A stretch of 63,895 nucleotides of DNA, the filler included, from Thraustochytrium aureum (taxonomy: Eukaryota): assembly GCA_012862495.1 (NCBI GenBank). It is 4 parts of 2 records of this genome, joined end to end, with 100 filler letters (N's around TTAATTAATTAA, not from the genome) between each part and the next. Parts side by side here need not be neighbours in the genome. Positions count along the whole stretch, not along the records: positions 45,316 to 59,970 come from BLSG01000316.1; 3 more parts are not named here. One strand, given 5' to 3'. The first letter of the stretch is position 1; each line of letters opens with the position of its first letter. This document shows, one piece after another, positions 47,102-58,422 of the stretch. Both the position numbers and the translations under genes were made by a program. A model generated the notes under the pieces. It had not been told where the DNA came from. It saw only the letters and a list, made by a program, of their open reading frames with translations, and made no database searches.

Positions 47102-48378
47102 TCGAAGTCGCTGGTGGCGCGTCTGGACGAGCCCTTGCCCTTGCTGCTGCCTCCAGTCTGCGACGTAATCGTGGAAGGTCATAACAAAAGAACAACCCAG
47201 CAACCGGCCCAGCTGGGCGTCGCAAGACCGCTCAGCTGGACGTCGCCTGCCCAACAACAGCTTTGCCAGCTGACCGGGCGCTCTGCACGCGGCTCGTGCT
47301 TGTCAGTTGGACAGGGGGTACCGTTGAGTACCTAGCTCGATCATTATTTTTAGCGCCACCANNNNNNNNNNNNNNNNNNNNNNNNNNNNNNNNNNNNNNN
47401 NNNNNNNNNNNNNNNNNNNNNNNNNNNNNNNNNNNNNNNNNNNNNNNNNNNNNNNNNNNNNNNNNNNNNNNNNNNNNNNNNNNNNNNNNNNNNNNNNNNN
47501 NNNNNNNNNNNNNNGCCATCTCCCCACTCATCGTCAGTCATCATTTGAGGCTGCAGGACACACGCAGCAGCCTAAGAGCGATTGCAAACTGTCGCCGCTC
47601 GCTGCAATTATAATGATGGAGAGAACCCACTACACGGCGCGCTACTCTCCGGCATTCTCGCGCAGAGTGCCCGTTGACCCTAGTCGCTGAGATCGGCTCC
47701 TAGCGATCCTATTCTGGCTGGCAGAGGCCCAAAAGGGGCATCGAACATACTGGCTGTGGACAGTCTCAAGAGTAACATCAACCGCAGGGAGCGAGCTCAA
47801 CGCCCCGAGAGGTGGAGCGCGAGAGGGCATGAATAAAATGTGTTTCTCCGCGACTCATGCGACTGCGCGCCACTCTGACTTGCCGTCGACTCGGAGGGAA
47901 CAAACGCCCTGTTGTTGAGTTACGCCGCGAGGAGGTGTGCCCTGGCGCATTCGGGGGAACGCGCCCAAGGATCCGTTGACTCGGCGGTGACAGCACAGCA
48001 GCACAATTCAGCTGCTGCACGCGTAGCGCGTGGCTCTGGCAGCAGCGGAAGGCGCAGCAGCGGAAGGCGCAGCAGCGGCAGGCGCAGCAGCGGCAGGCGC
48101 CGCAGCGGCAAGAAGGGCGCTGTCTGGAGACGGGAGAGGAGCTCTGGCGGCGGCAACTGGCTCCAGCAGCAACACCAACACCAGCAGCGATTCCAGCCGC
48201 AAATTCCAGGAGCGAGCAGCAGCAGGAGAAGCGCTGCAGAGCTTCGCTGGTTTCGTTGGCAACGCTGGCTTGGGTTGCTGGCGCTCAAGCAAGCGCAGAG
48301 GGAGCGACCGAGGCGTAGCGGCGCGCGCGGTTGTCTGTACGCGCGCGGCGGCGGCGCTCGGACGGGCTGGCAGCCAGG

Positions 48379-51346
48379 ATGGGGGACGCCGTGCCCGACG
48401 AGAAGCTACCCAGGCCTGCGCAAGGACCCTCGGCGGCAGCGTCGGCGAACAACAGGGAGACGAGAGCACAGGAGGCGCTGCGCATGAAGGATGAGCAGCT
48501 TCGCGTGCTGACAGAGCAAAACACCTCGCTCCTCAAGACCTTGGACCAGGTGGAGGAGGAAGCCAACTTGATCCAGGGCGAAAAATTGCAGCGAGACGAG
48601 GAGTGCCGCAAGCTTCGGGACGAAAACTTTGAGCTACAGTCCAAGAACCGCGCTGTGGAGGCCGCACTGCGCAAGATTGAGCAGGAGGTAGGCGATCGAG
48701 ACCAGAAGATCAAAATAATGACGAGCCAAAACTCCGAGCTCCTTCGCCTCTTGGAAACAGAGGAGTCGCAGACCGCTGCGCTCGACCGCGAGCGCAGCGA
48801 ACTTCGAGACGCGCTTGAAGCCCTCAAGGGCAAGTACAGCTCGCTTCTAACGACAGCCAAGACGCACGAGGAGCTCGCCGGCCGCGCGGCAAGGGAGGGC
48901 CAGCTTCGCGCTGAAGAGCTGCGGTTATTGCGGTCCGAGTGCGAGCAGCTCCGGGCCCAGAACGCCGAGATGGAGCGCAAGGCGGCTGTGGAGGTCGAGT
49001 CGCTGCAAGAGCAGCTCCGGGTTCGCAAAGAAAAGCAATATCACCTTCTCGAGAAGATGCAGGCCGCGGAGGAGGCAAAGCGCCAGGCCGAGGACCAGAC
49101 GGCGGCAATGACAGAAAAGATGCGCGCCCTTCACGCCCGCACTGTCGAGCTAGAGACGCAGCTTCAGGTCGAAACGAAAGCCAAGCGAGACCAAGAAGAG
49201 GCCAATCGCGCCCTCTCCGTGGCGGAAGAAAATCTGCGACGAAGCAACGCCGACCTGCAGGAAAAGACCCGTGCTGCGGAGACAGAGCGACTCCGGATGG
49301 AGGCAGAGGCGCGTGACAGCGGCGAGCAGTTGCGCGAAATGGCCGAAAAGGTGTTTCAGCTCTCGAGCGCCTCAAACTGGCCGAACTGGGGAAAAACAAG
49401 TCCGTCGAGCAGTTGCGCAAGTGCGAGCAGGAACTTGCTGCCGTCAAAAAGAAGAGCTCGCGCCTTCTCAAAGAGTCCACGAACGAGGGCAAGCAGCGCG
49501 TCAAGGCAGAGCTGGACAAGAAGGTCCTGCTTGACCAGATCCGCTCGCTCAAGACCCACAACGCCGAACTGGCCAACAGGTGCCGAGAAGAGGTCCAAGT
49601 CAAGCTCAAGGAGCACGAAGAGCGAAAGGCGGCAGAGGAAAAGGTGCGCACACTGGGTGGCCGGCTGTCGTTCCTACTCAACAAGCTCCAGGCCGACGAA
49701 GAGGTCAAGATTCAGATGCGCGAGGAAATGAAAAAGATGGAGGCCCAGATCAAGACGCTGCAGGAGCGGTCCGACGAGCTTTTGGTTAAACTCAACGCAA
49801 CGGGCGAGTCAAACCGGATCGTGACCCAGGCCATGCGACTCAAGCAAGAAGAGGTGGAAGGTGCAGCTCNNNNNNNNNNNNNNNNNNNNNNNNNNNNNNN
49901 NNNNNNNNNNNNNNNNNNNNNNNNNNNNNNNNNNNNNNNNNNNNNNNNNNNNNNNNNNNNNNNNNNNNNNNNNNNNNNNNNNNNNNNNNNNNNNNNNNNN
50001 NNNNNNNNNNNNNNNNNNNNNNNNNNNNNNNNNNNNNNNNNNNNNNNNNNNNNNNNNNNNNNNNNNNNNNNNNNNNNNNNNNNNNNNNNNNNNNNNNNNN
50101 NNNNNNNNNNNNNNNNNNNNNNNNNNNNNNNNNNNNNNNNNNNNNNGCGGGGGAGAGGCAGGAGCAGCGGAAGGAGACGAAAGTGGCGCAGCAGAGGAGC
50201 CCGACCCAAACCAAGTTCGCGCTACAGGAGGGCGCGGGAGGTTCTACCTCGACGCCAAGCCCCTCCCAAGGACTATTGCTTGTCAAGGCGAAACGAGCAA
50301 CAGCAAAGCGGCTCATGGAGCGGCTCGATATTAATGGGTACTTGCGGCGTGCACAAAAGTCGCCCAAGTTCAAGGAGCTGGTTGTGGAGAAGATCACGCA
50401 TTTGCTCGGCCTTTTGAGCGTCGAAGAGGACGACCACCGGCTCACGGTGCGGACCCTGGACAGCAGGGCGGACCAGCTCGACCACCTAACGCGAAAGGTG
50501 ACCGTGCTGCAGACCCGGGTCAGTGACGAGGAGGACGCCAAGCGGCGTACCTTGCTACGATACGTTCAGGTAGTCAAGACTCACATGGAGGACGGCGCCC
50601 TGCAGCTCGCTGAGAGCGGCGTCGGGGACGAGGAGATTCACGCCTTGGCTGCCCTCATCCGCGGTTCAAAATCCATTCGTGAACTCAACATCCGAAACAA
50701 TTCGGTCACTGACTCGGGGGCGCGTGCTTTGGCTGCCGTTCTCGCGGGGCCGCCCGCGTGCTCCCTGCGCCAAGTCGATTTGCGCAACAACCGGCTCAGT
50801 GACGCTGGTGTCCGCATTCTCGCAGAGGCGCTCGAGCGCGCGCAGAATACTCGACACGTCTACGTCCATGCTGGGGGGAAGATCGAGGCACTCGGGACTG
50901 TCGCGACGGCGGGAGTTGCGCGAGAAAAGCTGCCCGGCTCTGCCGCCGAGTCCAAGGGGCAAGAGTATGTTTCCAGCGTTGCAGTGGAGACAGTCTGCGT
51001 GGTGGACGCGCGAGAGCAGGGGCTTGCTCTTGCGGAGGCCGTCGAAAAGAGTGACGCGGTTCCAAAGAGCAATGTTCGGGCAAAACCTGTGGCGGCGCCA
51101 CCGTCTGGTGAGCAGGGCAAGCTTGCGTCTGGGCCGAGCGGCGGGGATGCCAAACGCCGTGGGCCAAAGGAGAACGGCGCCAAGCGCGACAAGCGCAAAG
51201 CAAAGGAAGAGATCAAGCTTCGCAAGGCCGAGTCGGGCTGGAAAGGGCGAGCGGGGGGTTTTGACATCCATCTCGGGTCGCCGAGCGGCAGTACCAAGAG
51301 CCTCCCACCGCTCACACCACCCGAGTCCAAGCTGCCACAACCGTAG
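48379..51346 (+). CDS. Long coiled-coil protein with C-terminal RNI-like leucine-rich repeats (frameshift near 49362; internal gap)
   Basis: About 500 aa of heptad-like E/K/R/Q/L-rich sequence, then LQLAESGVGDEEIHALA, LNIRNNSVTDSGARALA and VDLRNNRLSDAGVRILA. Confidence 0.75.
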
Positions 51347-51483
51347 GTTTTTTTTCCTTTTCATGATCTTGGTCAAGTCAAAATACCCGAGTCCGAAGTC
51401 CACCTTCCGCCGCGCGGGACTCTGCTCTTGGCAAAGCGTCTTGCGCCTCCTTGCCGCGCTGCGAGCGCGACTGCTTGGGCGCC

Positions 51484-52578
51484 ATGGGTCCGAGAGGAGC
51501 AGCGGCGGAGGAAGGGGCCTCGGAGTACGAGCAGCGCCGCCTTGCCAACATCCGGCGCAACCAGGAACAGCTCGACGAGCTGTTCGGGCCGGAGAAAGCC
51601 GCGGTCGAACAAGCCAAGCAAAGCCGGTGGGCGCGCAAGCGCGAGAGGCTAGAGGCCGCAGAGCAGAGGTCCAAGTGGTCCGTAGTGGCGGGCTATGCGC
51701 CCGAGTCAGCGCCGTCGAGCAGGCGCGGCCCTCGCGGGGCCAAGCGCGTGAAAGCCGCCGAGATCCGGCCAACGCGACGGTCCACCAGGCTGGTGAAGCT
51801 CGACGAGCAGGCCGTTGCAAAAAAGCAAACCAGCAATCACGGCGAGGATGCCGTGCCGACCTCACCGACGACTCCCAACGAGCCACAAGTGCAACGGCCG
51901 AGCTTGGACGAGTTGCGGGCGCACATGGCCGCTTGTTTCGCTGCGGGCAGCGACTCGCCAAAAAGCACCGATGACCAGTGGCGCGACGAAGCAGTGGAGC
52001 GGTGGGGCGCCAAGGCTCTGAGCGCCGAGGCCGAGGTTTCGGGCGGAGGTCGCCTCGACTGGAAATCGTTTGTGCTAAGCCGGAACAGCGTCGAGCCTCT
52101 GCAGGGGATCGCGTCGCCGCTTGCCCTACTGCAAGAAAAGTTTGCCGGAGATACTTGGAAGCTACTGATCTCTTGCTGCCTCATGTCTCGCGTTTCGTCG
52201 GCCCAGGTCAAGGAGTCGTGCATTGGCACGTTTTTCGCACGCTGGCAAACGCCGTCGGCGGCGCTCGACGCCGCCCCGAGCGACATGGAGGCGGTGCTTG
52301 CCCCATTGGGGCTCTTCAACAACCGGTATCGCTCGGTGCTCGAGCTTTCAAAGCGGTTCCTGCTCGCGCCGGCGTTTGCGCTCGACCTGGACGAGAACAA
52401 GGTCTACGGGTTCGGCGAGTTTGCTTTCGACAGCTACCTGATCTTTGGCAAGGGCCTGGGAGCAGCGATGGTCCCCAAAGACAAGAACCTGCGCGCTTAC
52501 TGCGCCTGGGCCAAGCAGGCCGCAGCCGCAAAAAGAGCAACAGAGCAAAATAGCGCAGCCGCAAAAAGAGCAAAATAG
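51484..52578 (+). CDS. MBD4: MBD4-like G:T/U mismatch DNA glycosylase (HhH-GPD superfamily), no recognisable MBD domain
   Basis: SPLALLQE...WKLLISCCLM, FFARWQTP, LAPLGL..NR, YGFGEFAFDSYLIF, PKDKNLRAYCAW match the MBD4 catalytic-domain pattern. Confidence 0.8.
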   Translation: MGPRGAAAEEGASEYEQRRLANIRRNQEQLDELFGPEKAAVEQAKQSRWARKRERLEAAEQRSKWSVVAGYAPESAPSSRRGPRGAKRVKAAEIRPTRRSTRLVKLDEQAVAKKQTSNHGEDAVPTSPTTPNEPQVQRPSLDELRAHMAACFAAGSDSPKSTDDQWRDEAVERWGAKALSAEAEVSGGGRLDWKSFVLSRNSVEPLQGIASPLALLQEKFAGDTWKLLISCCLMSRVSSAQVKESCIGTFFARWQTPSAALDAAPSDMEAVLAPLGLFNNRYRSVLELSKRFLLAPAFALDLDENKVYGFGEFAFDSYLIFGKGLGAAMVPKDKNLRAYCAWAKQAAAAKRATEQNSAAAKRAK

Positions 52579-52636
52579 CGCAGCCGCAAAAAGAGCAACA
52601 GAGCAAAATAGCGCAGCCGCAAAAAGAGCAAAATAG
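52521..52636. repeat. 58-bp exact tandem duplication (33+25 bp subunits) spanning the MBD4 stop codon
   Basis: CGCAGCCGCAAAAAGAGCAA(CAGAGCAA)AATAG units at 52521, 52554, 52579 and 52612. Confidence 0.95.
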
Positions 52637-54259
52637 CGATTAGAAAGGGTAGAGTAGGTAGGTATGTACTCCGAATTTACAAGTCAGGTGGCTGCGAACA
52701 GGCCTGATACAAGGCGACGGGACCTGCGGAACGTACAGAGGCGCGTTAGCTAAGAATGTCACTTCGTCCAAGCCGAGCGCCCTTTCCTCTCCAACAACGA
52801 CAAATGCTGCAGTGCTCATCCGGTAATTCCAAAAAACTGAATCAACACGATAAACCGGGGGTCTAATCCCGTTCTGACTGGTGCCAGTATAGTTCATAAT
52901 CATTGCACACAGCGCGCGGCTGGCCGAGGCCAGGTAGCCAGCCAGCCCTCCAGCCCTCTCCATCTCCCCAGAGGAAACCATCGCTCCACGCCGAGAGCCG
53001 TACGCTCGTACTTACATTTTCACGCTTGCCCGTCAGTACTTGGCCAGAGCGGCCATCGCGCTCCGGCCTCGCAGCGCGCTCGCCGCCGTTGCGGGTCTGC
53101 CTGTGGGCTATCTATCATCAACCTCCATCGCAACGTCGCATCCAGCACCACCACACATCACGGAACCTCCCCCAGCAGCTCCGCAGGACCACACGTCTGT
53201 CGCGCGCAGCGTCGGTTCATGAACAAATGGTTCCTAGTAGGTGGGAGGGTGCCGGCAGCAAACCTGGTACCCTGACGAAGAAGACACGAATCACGTCTGT
53301 TCTGTTCTGCTCGCGGCGGCGGGAAGTGCGCTGGGCTTCGAAACCCTCGGATGGTTGTGTAGATTCGCGGCTGTGCCGCGTTGGTCGGTGGGTAGAGTAC
53401 CGTAGAGTACCTCACGCGCCAACAATGATCGCTCATTGGATTTCTCGCGTTCCCTTCCAGGTCGTGGCGCGCTTGGAGCGGTACCGTATGGGGTCCCGGC
53501 TCGAGCAAGCCGCTCTCCGTTTCCCCGACGAAGCGGTCCTGAAAACGTGGCCGTAGCCTCGTTGAAGGGCTCCATGCCAGTGGACGAAGCGGTCCTGNNN
53601 NNNNNNNNNNNNNNNNNNNNNNNNNNNNNNNNNNNNNNNNNNNNNNNNNNNNNNNNNNNNNNNNNNNNNNNNNNNNNNNNNNNNNNNNNNNNNNNNNNNN
53701 NNNNNNNNNNNNNNNNNNNNNNNNNNNNNNNNNNNNNNNNNNNNNNNNNNNNNNNNNNNNNNNNNNNNNNNNNNNNNNNNNNNNNNNNNNNNNNNNNNNN
53801 NNNNNNNNNNNNNNNNNNNNNNNNNNNNNNNNNNNNNNNNNNNNNNNNNNNNNNNNNNNNNNNNNNNNNNNNNNNNNNNNNNNNNNNNNNNNNNNNNNNN
53901 NNNNNNNNNNNNNNNNNNNNNNNNNNNNNNNNNNNNNNNNNNNNNNNNNNNNNNNNNNNNNNNNNNNNNNNNNNNNNNNNNNNNNNNNNNNNNNNNNNNN
54001 NNNNNNNNNNNNNNNNNNNNNNNNNNNNNNNNNNNNNNNNNNNNNNNNNNNNNNNNNNNNNNNNNNNNNNNNNNNNNNNNNNNNNNNNNNNNNNNNNNNN
54101 NNNNNNNNNNNNNNNNNNNNNNNNNNNNNNNNNNNNNNNNNNNNNNNNNNNNNNNNNNNNNNNNNNNNNNNNNNNNNNNNNNNNNNNNNNNNNNNNNNNN
54201 NNNNNNNNNNNNNNNNNNNNNNNNNNNNNNNNNNNNNNNNNNNNNNNNNNNNNNNNNNN

Positions 54260-54985
54260 CGACGCGGCGGCCGATGTATTGCGCACGGCGGCGGCAGGAG
54301 GTGCCTGGTGGACGGGTGCGGAAAGTGCGCGCAAGGGCGGAGCGCGCGGTGCGTCGCTCACGGAGGCGGCGAGCGCTGCGCGGTTGCGACGTGCGACCGG
54401 CCCGTGCGGTCCAAGAAGCGGTGCAGAGACCACGGTGGTGGCAAGGTGTGCCAGTCACAGGGATGTGACAAGTCGGCGCAGGGCCAGACAGCGTTCTGCT
54501 GGGGTCATGGCGGTGGGAAGCGATGCCTTGAGGAAAGGTGTGGCAAAGCAGCACGCGGTCGAACGGACTTTTGCATCAGGCACGGCGGAGGGCGGAGGTG
54601 TGCGGAGCCAAACTGCGACAAATCAGCACTTGACAACAGCGACAGTTGCATGCGCCATGGCGGAGGCAGAGCATGTGGTGTGCCTGGCTGTCCGCGCCGC
54701 GCCTTGGCCCGCTCCAATGCGTGCGCTGTCCATGACCAGGTGCCCGACTTGCAAGCCGAGTTACCGATCAGAGCCTTGTGCCTTTCACCGGGGTGCGATC
54801 GCCACAGCGGTTCAAACTTTTCTGCGTCTTGTGGAGAACATGTTCAGTCTGCTCGCACCTTGGCAGGCGCCGGCGGGGATGGAGAGCAGGATGTTGCAGG
54901 TGGTTTAAATGACGTCGACTGCCAGGAAGAGAACGCGTTGCAACAAGGACCAACCAGCGCACGAGAAGAGTTTGTAGTACCTTGA
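54260..54985 (+). CDS. Cys/HGGG tandem zinc-finger protein (WRKY19-like repeat; 5' partial)
   Basis: At least six C-x4-C-x9/10-C-x2-HGGG repeats, for example CQSQGCDKSAQGQTAFCWGHGGG. Confidence 0.88.
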   Translation, partial: RRGGRCIAHGGGRRCLVDGCGKCAQGRSARCVAHGGGERCAVATCDRPVRSKKRCRDHGGGKVCQSQGCDKSAQGQTAFCWGHGGGKRCLEERCGKAARGRTDFCIRHGGGRRCAEPNCDKSALDNSDSCMRHGGGRACGVPGCPRRALARSNACAVHDQVPDLQAELPIRALCLSPGCDRHSGSNFSASCGEHVQSARTLAGAGGDGEQDVAGGLNDVDCQEENALQQGPTSAREEFVVP

Positions 54986-55294
54986 GGCTGAGGCGATCGG
55001 CCGACACGCACAAGTTTCGAACGTGATTTGTTGTTGCGATACAATCAAGCTTTCGCCTACCATTAAATAAAAGCCGTAACGTAAATCGCCAATCAAACCA
55101 GTGCTCGTTCGCGGTTCAACCCAGAGAACGAGCCAACCAGCTCTGAGATAGTTGGACAGGTCCAGGTCAGGTGAAATGCAGTCTCATCTGTCGCACTCGA
55201 GTGCTCGTTGGCGGGATTCGCGTCTCCCTTTGCGAAGGCATTCCGCCTTGTTCCAGCGATGCGCAGCAGCACACCAACCGCTTGACAGAGTGGA

Positions 55295-58200
55295 TCATAC
55301 GATGGCGAGCTCGAATTCGCCATTGTTTATCTGGACAATCTCCTCTGGCTCTGTAACACACGTTCCGAGGATACCCCCCGACCTGGACTTGTCGTGAAGG
55401 AACGACTGGAATCGCTCCGCGTCGGTCTGACCTGGGCGATTGCCCAACTCGAGCGCTACAATATGCTCAAGCATCAAGGCCCGAACAGCATGCGGGTTGA
55501 AGAAAAGCAGGAGGTACCCACGAAGCGGGCTCAGCGAGAGCTCTGCTAGCCGGATTCGGTCCACGCACGAACTGGCGCGGGCCCGATGCGCACTAGCAGG
55601 TCTGGAGAGGAGGAATCGAAGGATCTCGCCGTACTCGGCTGCAACCTCGGTGGTCCAGACGGCCTCCGCGTTGCCGCATCCACGCAACAGTGCGAGCTTG
55701 GCGTGGCCCAACACTTTGATCTCCTCATGGGAGACAGCAAACTCGCGCCCTTTGTAGACAATAAGTCGCATGGTGCGTATCAAATCCGCGCTGCCAGTGT
55801 CGGCGTGCAGAAATTCCTCCTTGAGGCGAGCGAGCTCTTGCGCTTTGGAGTGGCGAATCTGGGCGCGCACGGCAAGCTCGAGGGCCTCTAGCGAGCGCAG
55901 CTTCCAGGAATGAAGGCTCACGCGCAAGGCGAGGAAAAAGTAAAACCCTGCCAGTGCGGCATGGAGGGCGAGGCCAACGAGGATTGGAGTGACTGCCACT
56001 CGACCCGAAGTAGAGCACACGATGCGGGATGGATCGGTACAGCGATCAGCTTGAAGGCAGAGGAGCACCAGACTGAGAAAGCAGGGGAGAAGGAAAACCA
56101 TGCAACACACGAATGCTTTGACGACGAAGCGTCCTTTGTCCGTCGAGAGGCGAAGAGTGCTTGCAGCCGATGTCGGGGAAAGAGCCGAGCCTATTGCGAA
56201 CACGGCGCTGTTGTGAAGCACTCGCCTGATCCGTAGCGCCAGCGCGACCGTCGAGGCTACGACCAAAGCGCCAACGATCCAAAACGGAAGCAGCACCATT
56301 GCCCAGGGAAGGCCAGACTCTCGGGAACCAATGACCACAGCCTTGCGAAAGAGCAGCAATAGGGCCGAGACGGACAGCGCAAATGCGCACACGAGAATGC
56401 GAAAGTTGTGCAAGTGCGGATTGAGGTACGCCGGGCCGCGAAACAAAAAATAGTCCCAGGCGCAGGCGTCTTCGTCGGTGAGCCGGACGTCAGGCAAGCA
56501 GTTGAGCGGCGTGCAGCACAAGCAGACAATAAGAAGGCCAAGCAGCAGCGGGACGCACATAAAAGGTGCGAGGATGACCTGCATGTCCGCGTTCACCAAG
56601 AGGTGCTGCGGCGCTTCGCCAGAAAAGGCTTGGGGTAGGACGACATAGATTGTCCATGCCAAGTTGCGCGCTGCCCACGACCCCTGTGCCGGAGCGAGAC
56701 CAACGCCTTCCCATGGGTCGCCTTGTGAAAACGCAAAGTGGTTGTTCGCTGCGCGCGGTGCGCTTTGCGGCCACGGTAGATGACTTCCAGTGGGGAGACG
56801 CTTTGCCTCCAGCGTGGTATGGCAGTCTATTGAGGACTCTGAGGAGCCGATAGTGCAAAGGCGATCTTGGAAGTGCAGGCGCTCGCACTGTCCTGTCTTG
56901 CCGTTGTGCTGGACCAAGGTGCACTGGGCTTGGTCTAAATAGTGCTCCAGCAAACACAGTTGAACACACTCCGCGGGGGTGTCCACCGGCCCGCCTTGTA
57001 TTACTTGTGCGACAACAGGGAGGTGGGGGGCCGGGGCTGCTGAGGCCACTCGAGCTTGCACAGCCAAGGCGTCCAGCTCGTCGCAACACCACTCTGAGTC
57101 CACTCGGTAGTCCACTCGGTAGATCATTCCGCCACCTCGAGCTCCGCAAACGAGCTCTTGCGAGGCAAAATCACCGCAAAGACTCTCGACCTGCTCGCGA
57201 GAGCACAATTGCTGGCACTGAGCACGCCATCCGGGGGCCCACGCAGCAAAATACCTTTGCGGGATCGCCGCGAGCTCGCCCTGGTACCCGCACGTTGGAA
57301 AAATGCAGACTCGTTTCGTGCGATTTCGTGCCAGGAGCGCCTCCCGCAGTCGGCACAGTCCTCGCCGAACTTGCAGACGTCGTACTCTGACCCCGCTCCT
57401 CCGTCGTCACAGACATAGTCATTCGCGTAAGGGCAGTCGTTTGAGCAGGCCTGATTGGTCGCGCTGCGAGACATGTTCACGGCCAGAGTCTCCGCCAGCA
57501 CAAGCTGTTGCCTGTCTCCAAGAAGCGTTTGCGGTTGGACATACATGGCGCAGCGCGAACCGGGGCCTAGCGCATTGCAGACCTGATTCGAAAAGTCCTT
57601 GGAAGGGTCGGCCACAGTGCACGTCGAACCTGCAAGGGCGCCTGGTGGCAACCCAAGTGGGGGCGGAGAGGGATGGCAGAGTTTGAACCTCACAGCTGCT
57701 GCGGTTTCGTTGACGAGACCAGGAGATTGAGGGTGTGCTGCAGCCATGCAGACGTGGTCAAACAGGGCCGGGTCGTATACCGGCTTGACCTCCTCCGCGC
57801 TGATGTTGAGTCCAATCCAGTGGCGCAGCGGAGAGAAGAACTCTGGGGACGATTGCCACGAACCGGTCCTGTTCGTGCGCGAAAAGACCTGAATGAATGC
57901 TGTTGCATCTCCCGCCAAGGAAGCAAGATGAGGCGGCCAGTGGTGCTGGAATGTTCCGTTCTGAAAGTCGATCGTGGGCAGCGCGGAGAGTGTGCCGCGC
58001 GACGCTGTGACGCGAACGCCCTTTGCCACAAGAGCGGCGAGCGATGCTGACGCGAGACAGATCAAAAGCATGAAGACCCCAAATGAACGGAGGAATACGG
58101 ATCGCTCGTCCATCTGGCTCATGTTGCGACCGAGGCGCGAAACCGAGTAGCTAAGCGCGAGCGTCAAGGTGAAGAGGAGGGGCAAGAAGAGGGCGCCCCA

Positions 58201-58422
58201 CGACATCCGCTGGCCTTGACTTACCAAAGCCACACTCAGAGCCGCGCTCGCGAAGAGTGCGTGGACGAGCAGGTGAAACCCGCATCGAAGGCAGCCCTTT
58301 GCGTTTGGATCGAGCGCGTAGCCGAGTCGAAGAATGGCAGACCTGCGTGGGGTTGCACCTCTTCCGAACTGCTTGCCGGTGCTGCTGAACGCGCTGGCCA
58401 AGGACATGCTGTCGCGAGGCAT
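55295..58422 (-). CDS. Multipass membrane protein with a Cys-rich extracellular region (CDDGG module, PAN-like module) between two TM bundles (frameshift near 57300)
   Basis: TM bundles containing WGALFLPLL and WAMVLLPFW; CSNDCPYANDYVCDDGGAGSEYDVCKFGEDCADCG; TPAECVQLC...CTLVQHN...QC. Two overlapping ORFs can be joined at a T5 run. Confidence 0.55.

Noticed and set aside
48038..48110. 15-bp GCAGCAGCGG(A/C)AGGC repeat within short ORFs
   Set aside because: Low-complexity sequence upstream of the coiled-coil gene with no ATG-initiated, motif-bearing frame.
13394..52578. A functional cluster (DNA repair ATM+MBD4, or ion channels TPK+Hv1)
   Set aside because: The genes are far apart among unrelated genes, and ATM and MBD4 are separated by artificial scaffold linkers.
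52640..53597. Minus-strand ORF fragments (PPVYRVDSVF...LDEVTFL) loosely resembling an ATP-grasp C-terminus, with a GTAAGT near 53015
   Set aside because: Frames are broken by stops and I could not build a coherent gene model. The similarity is too weak to call.
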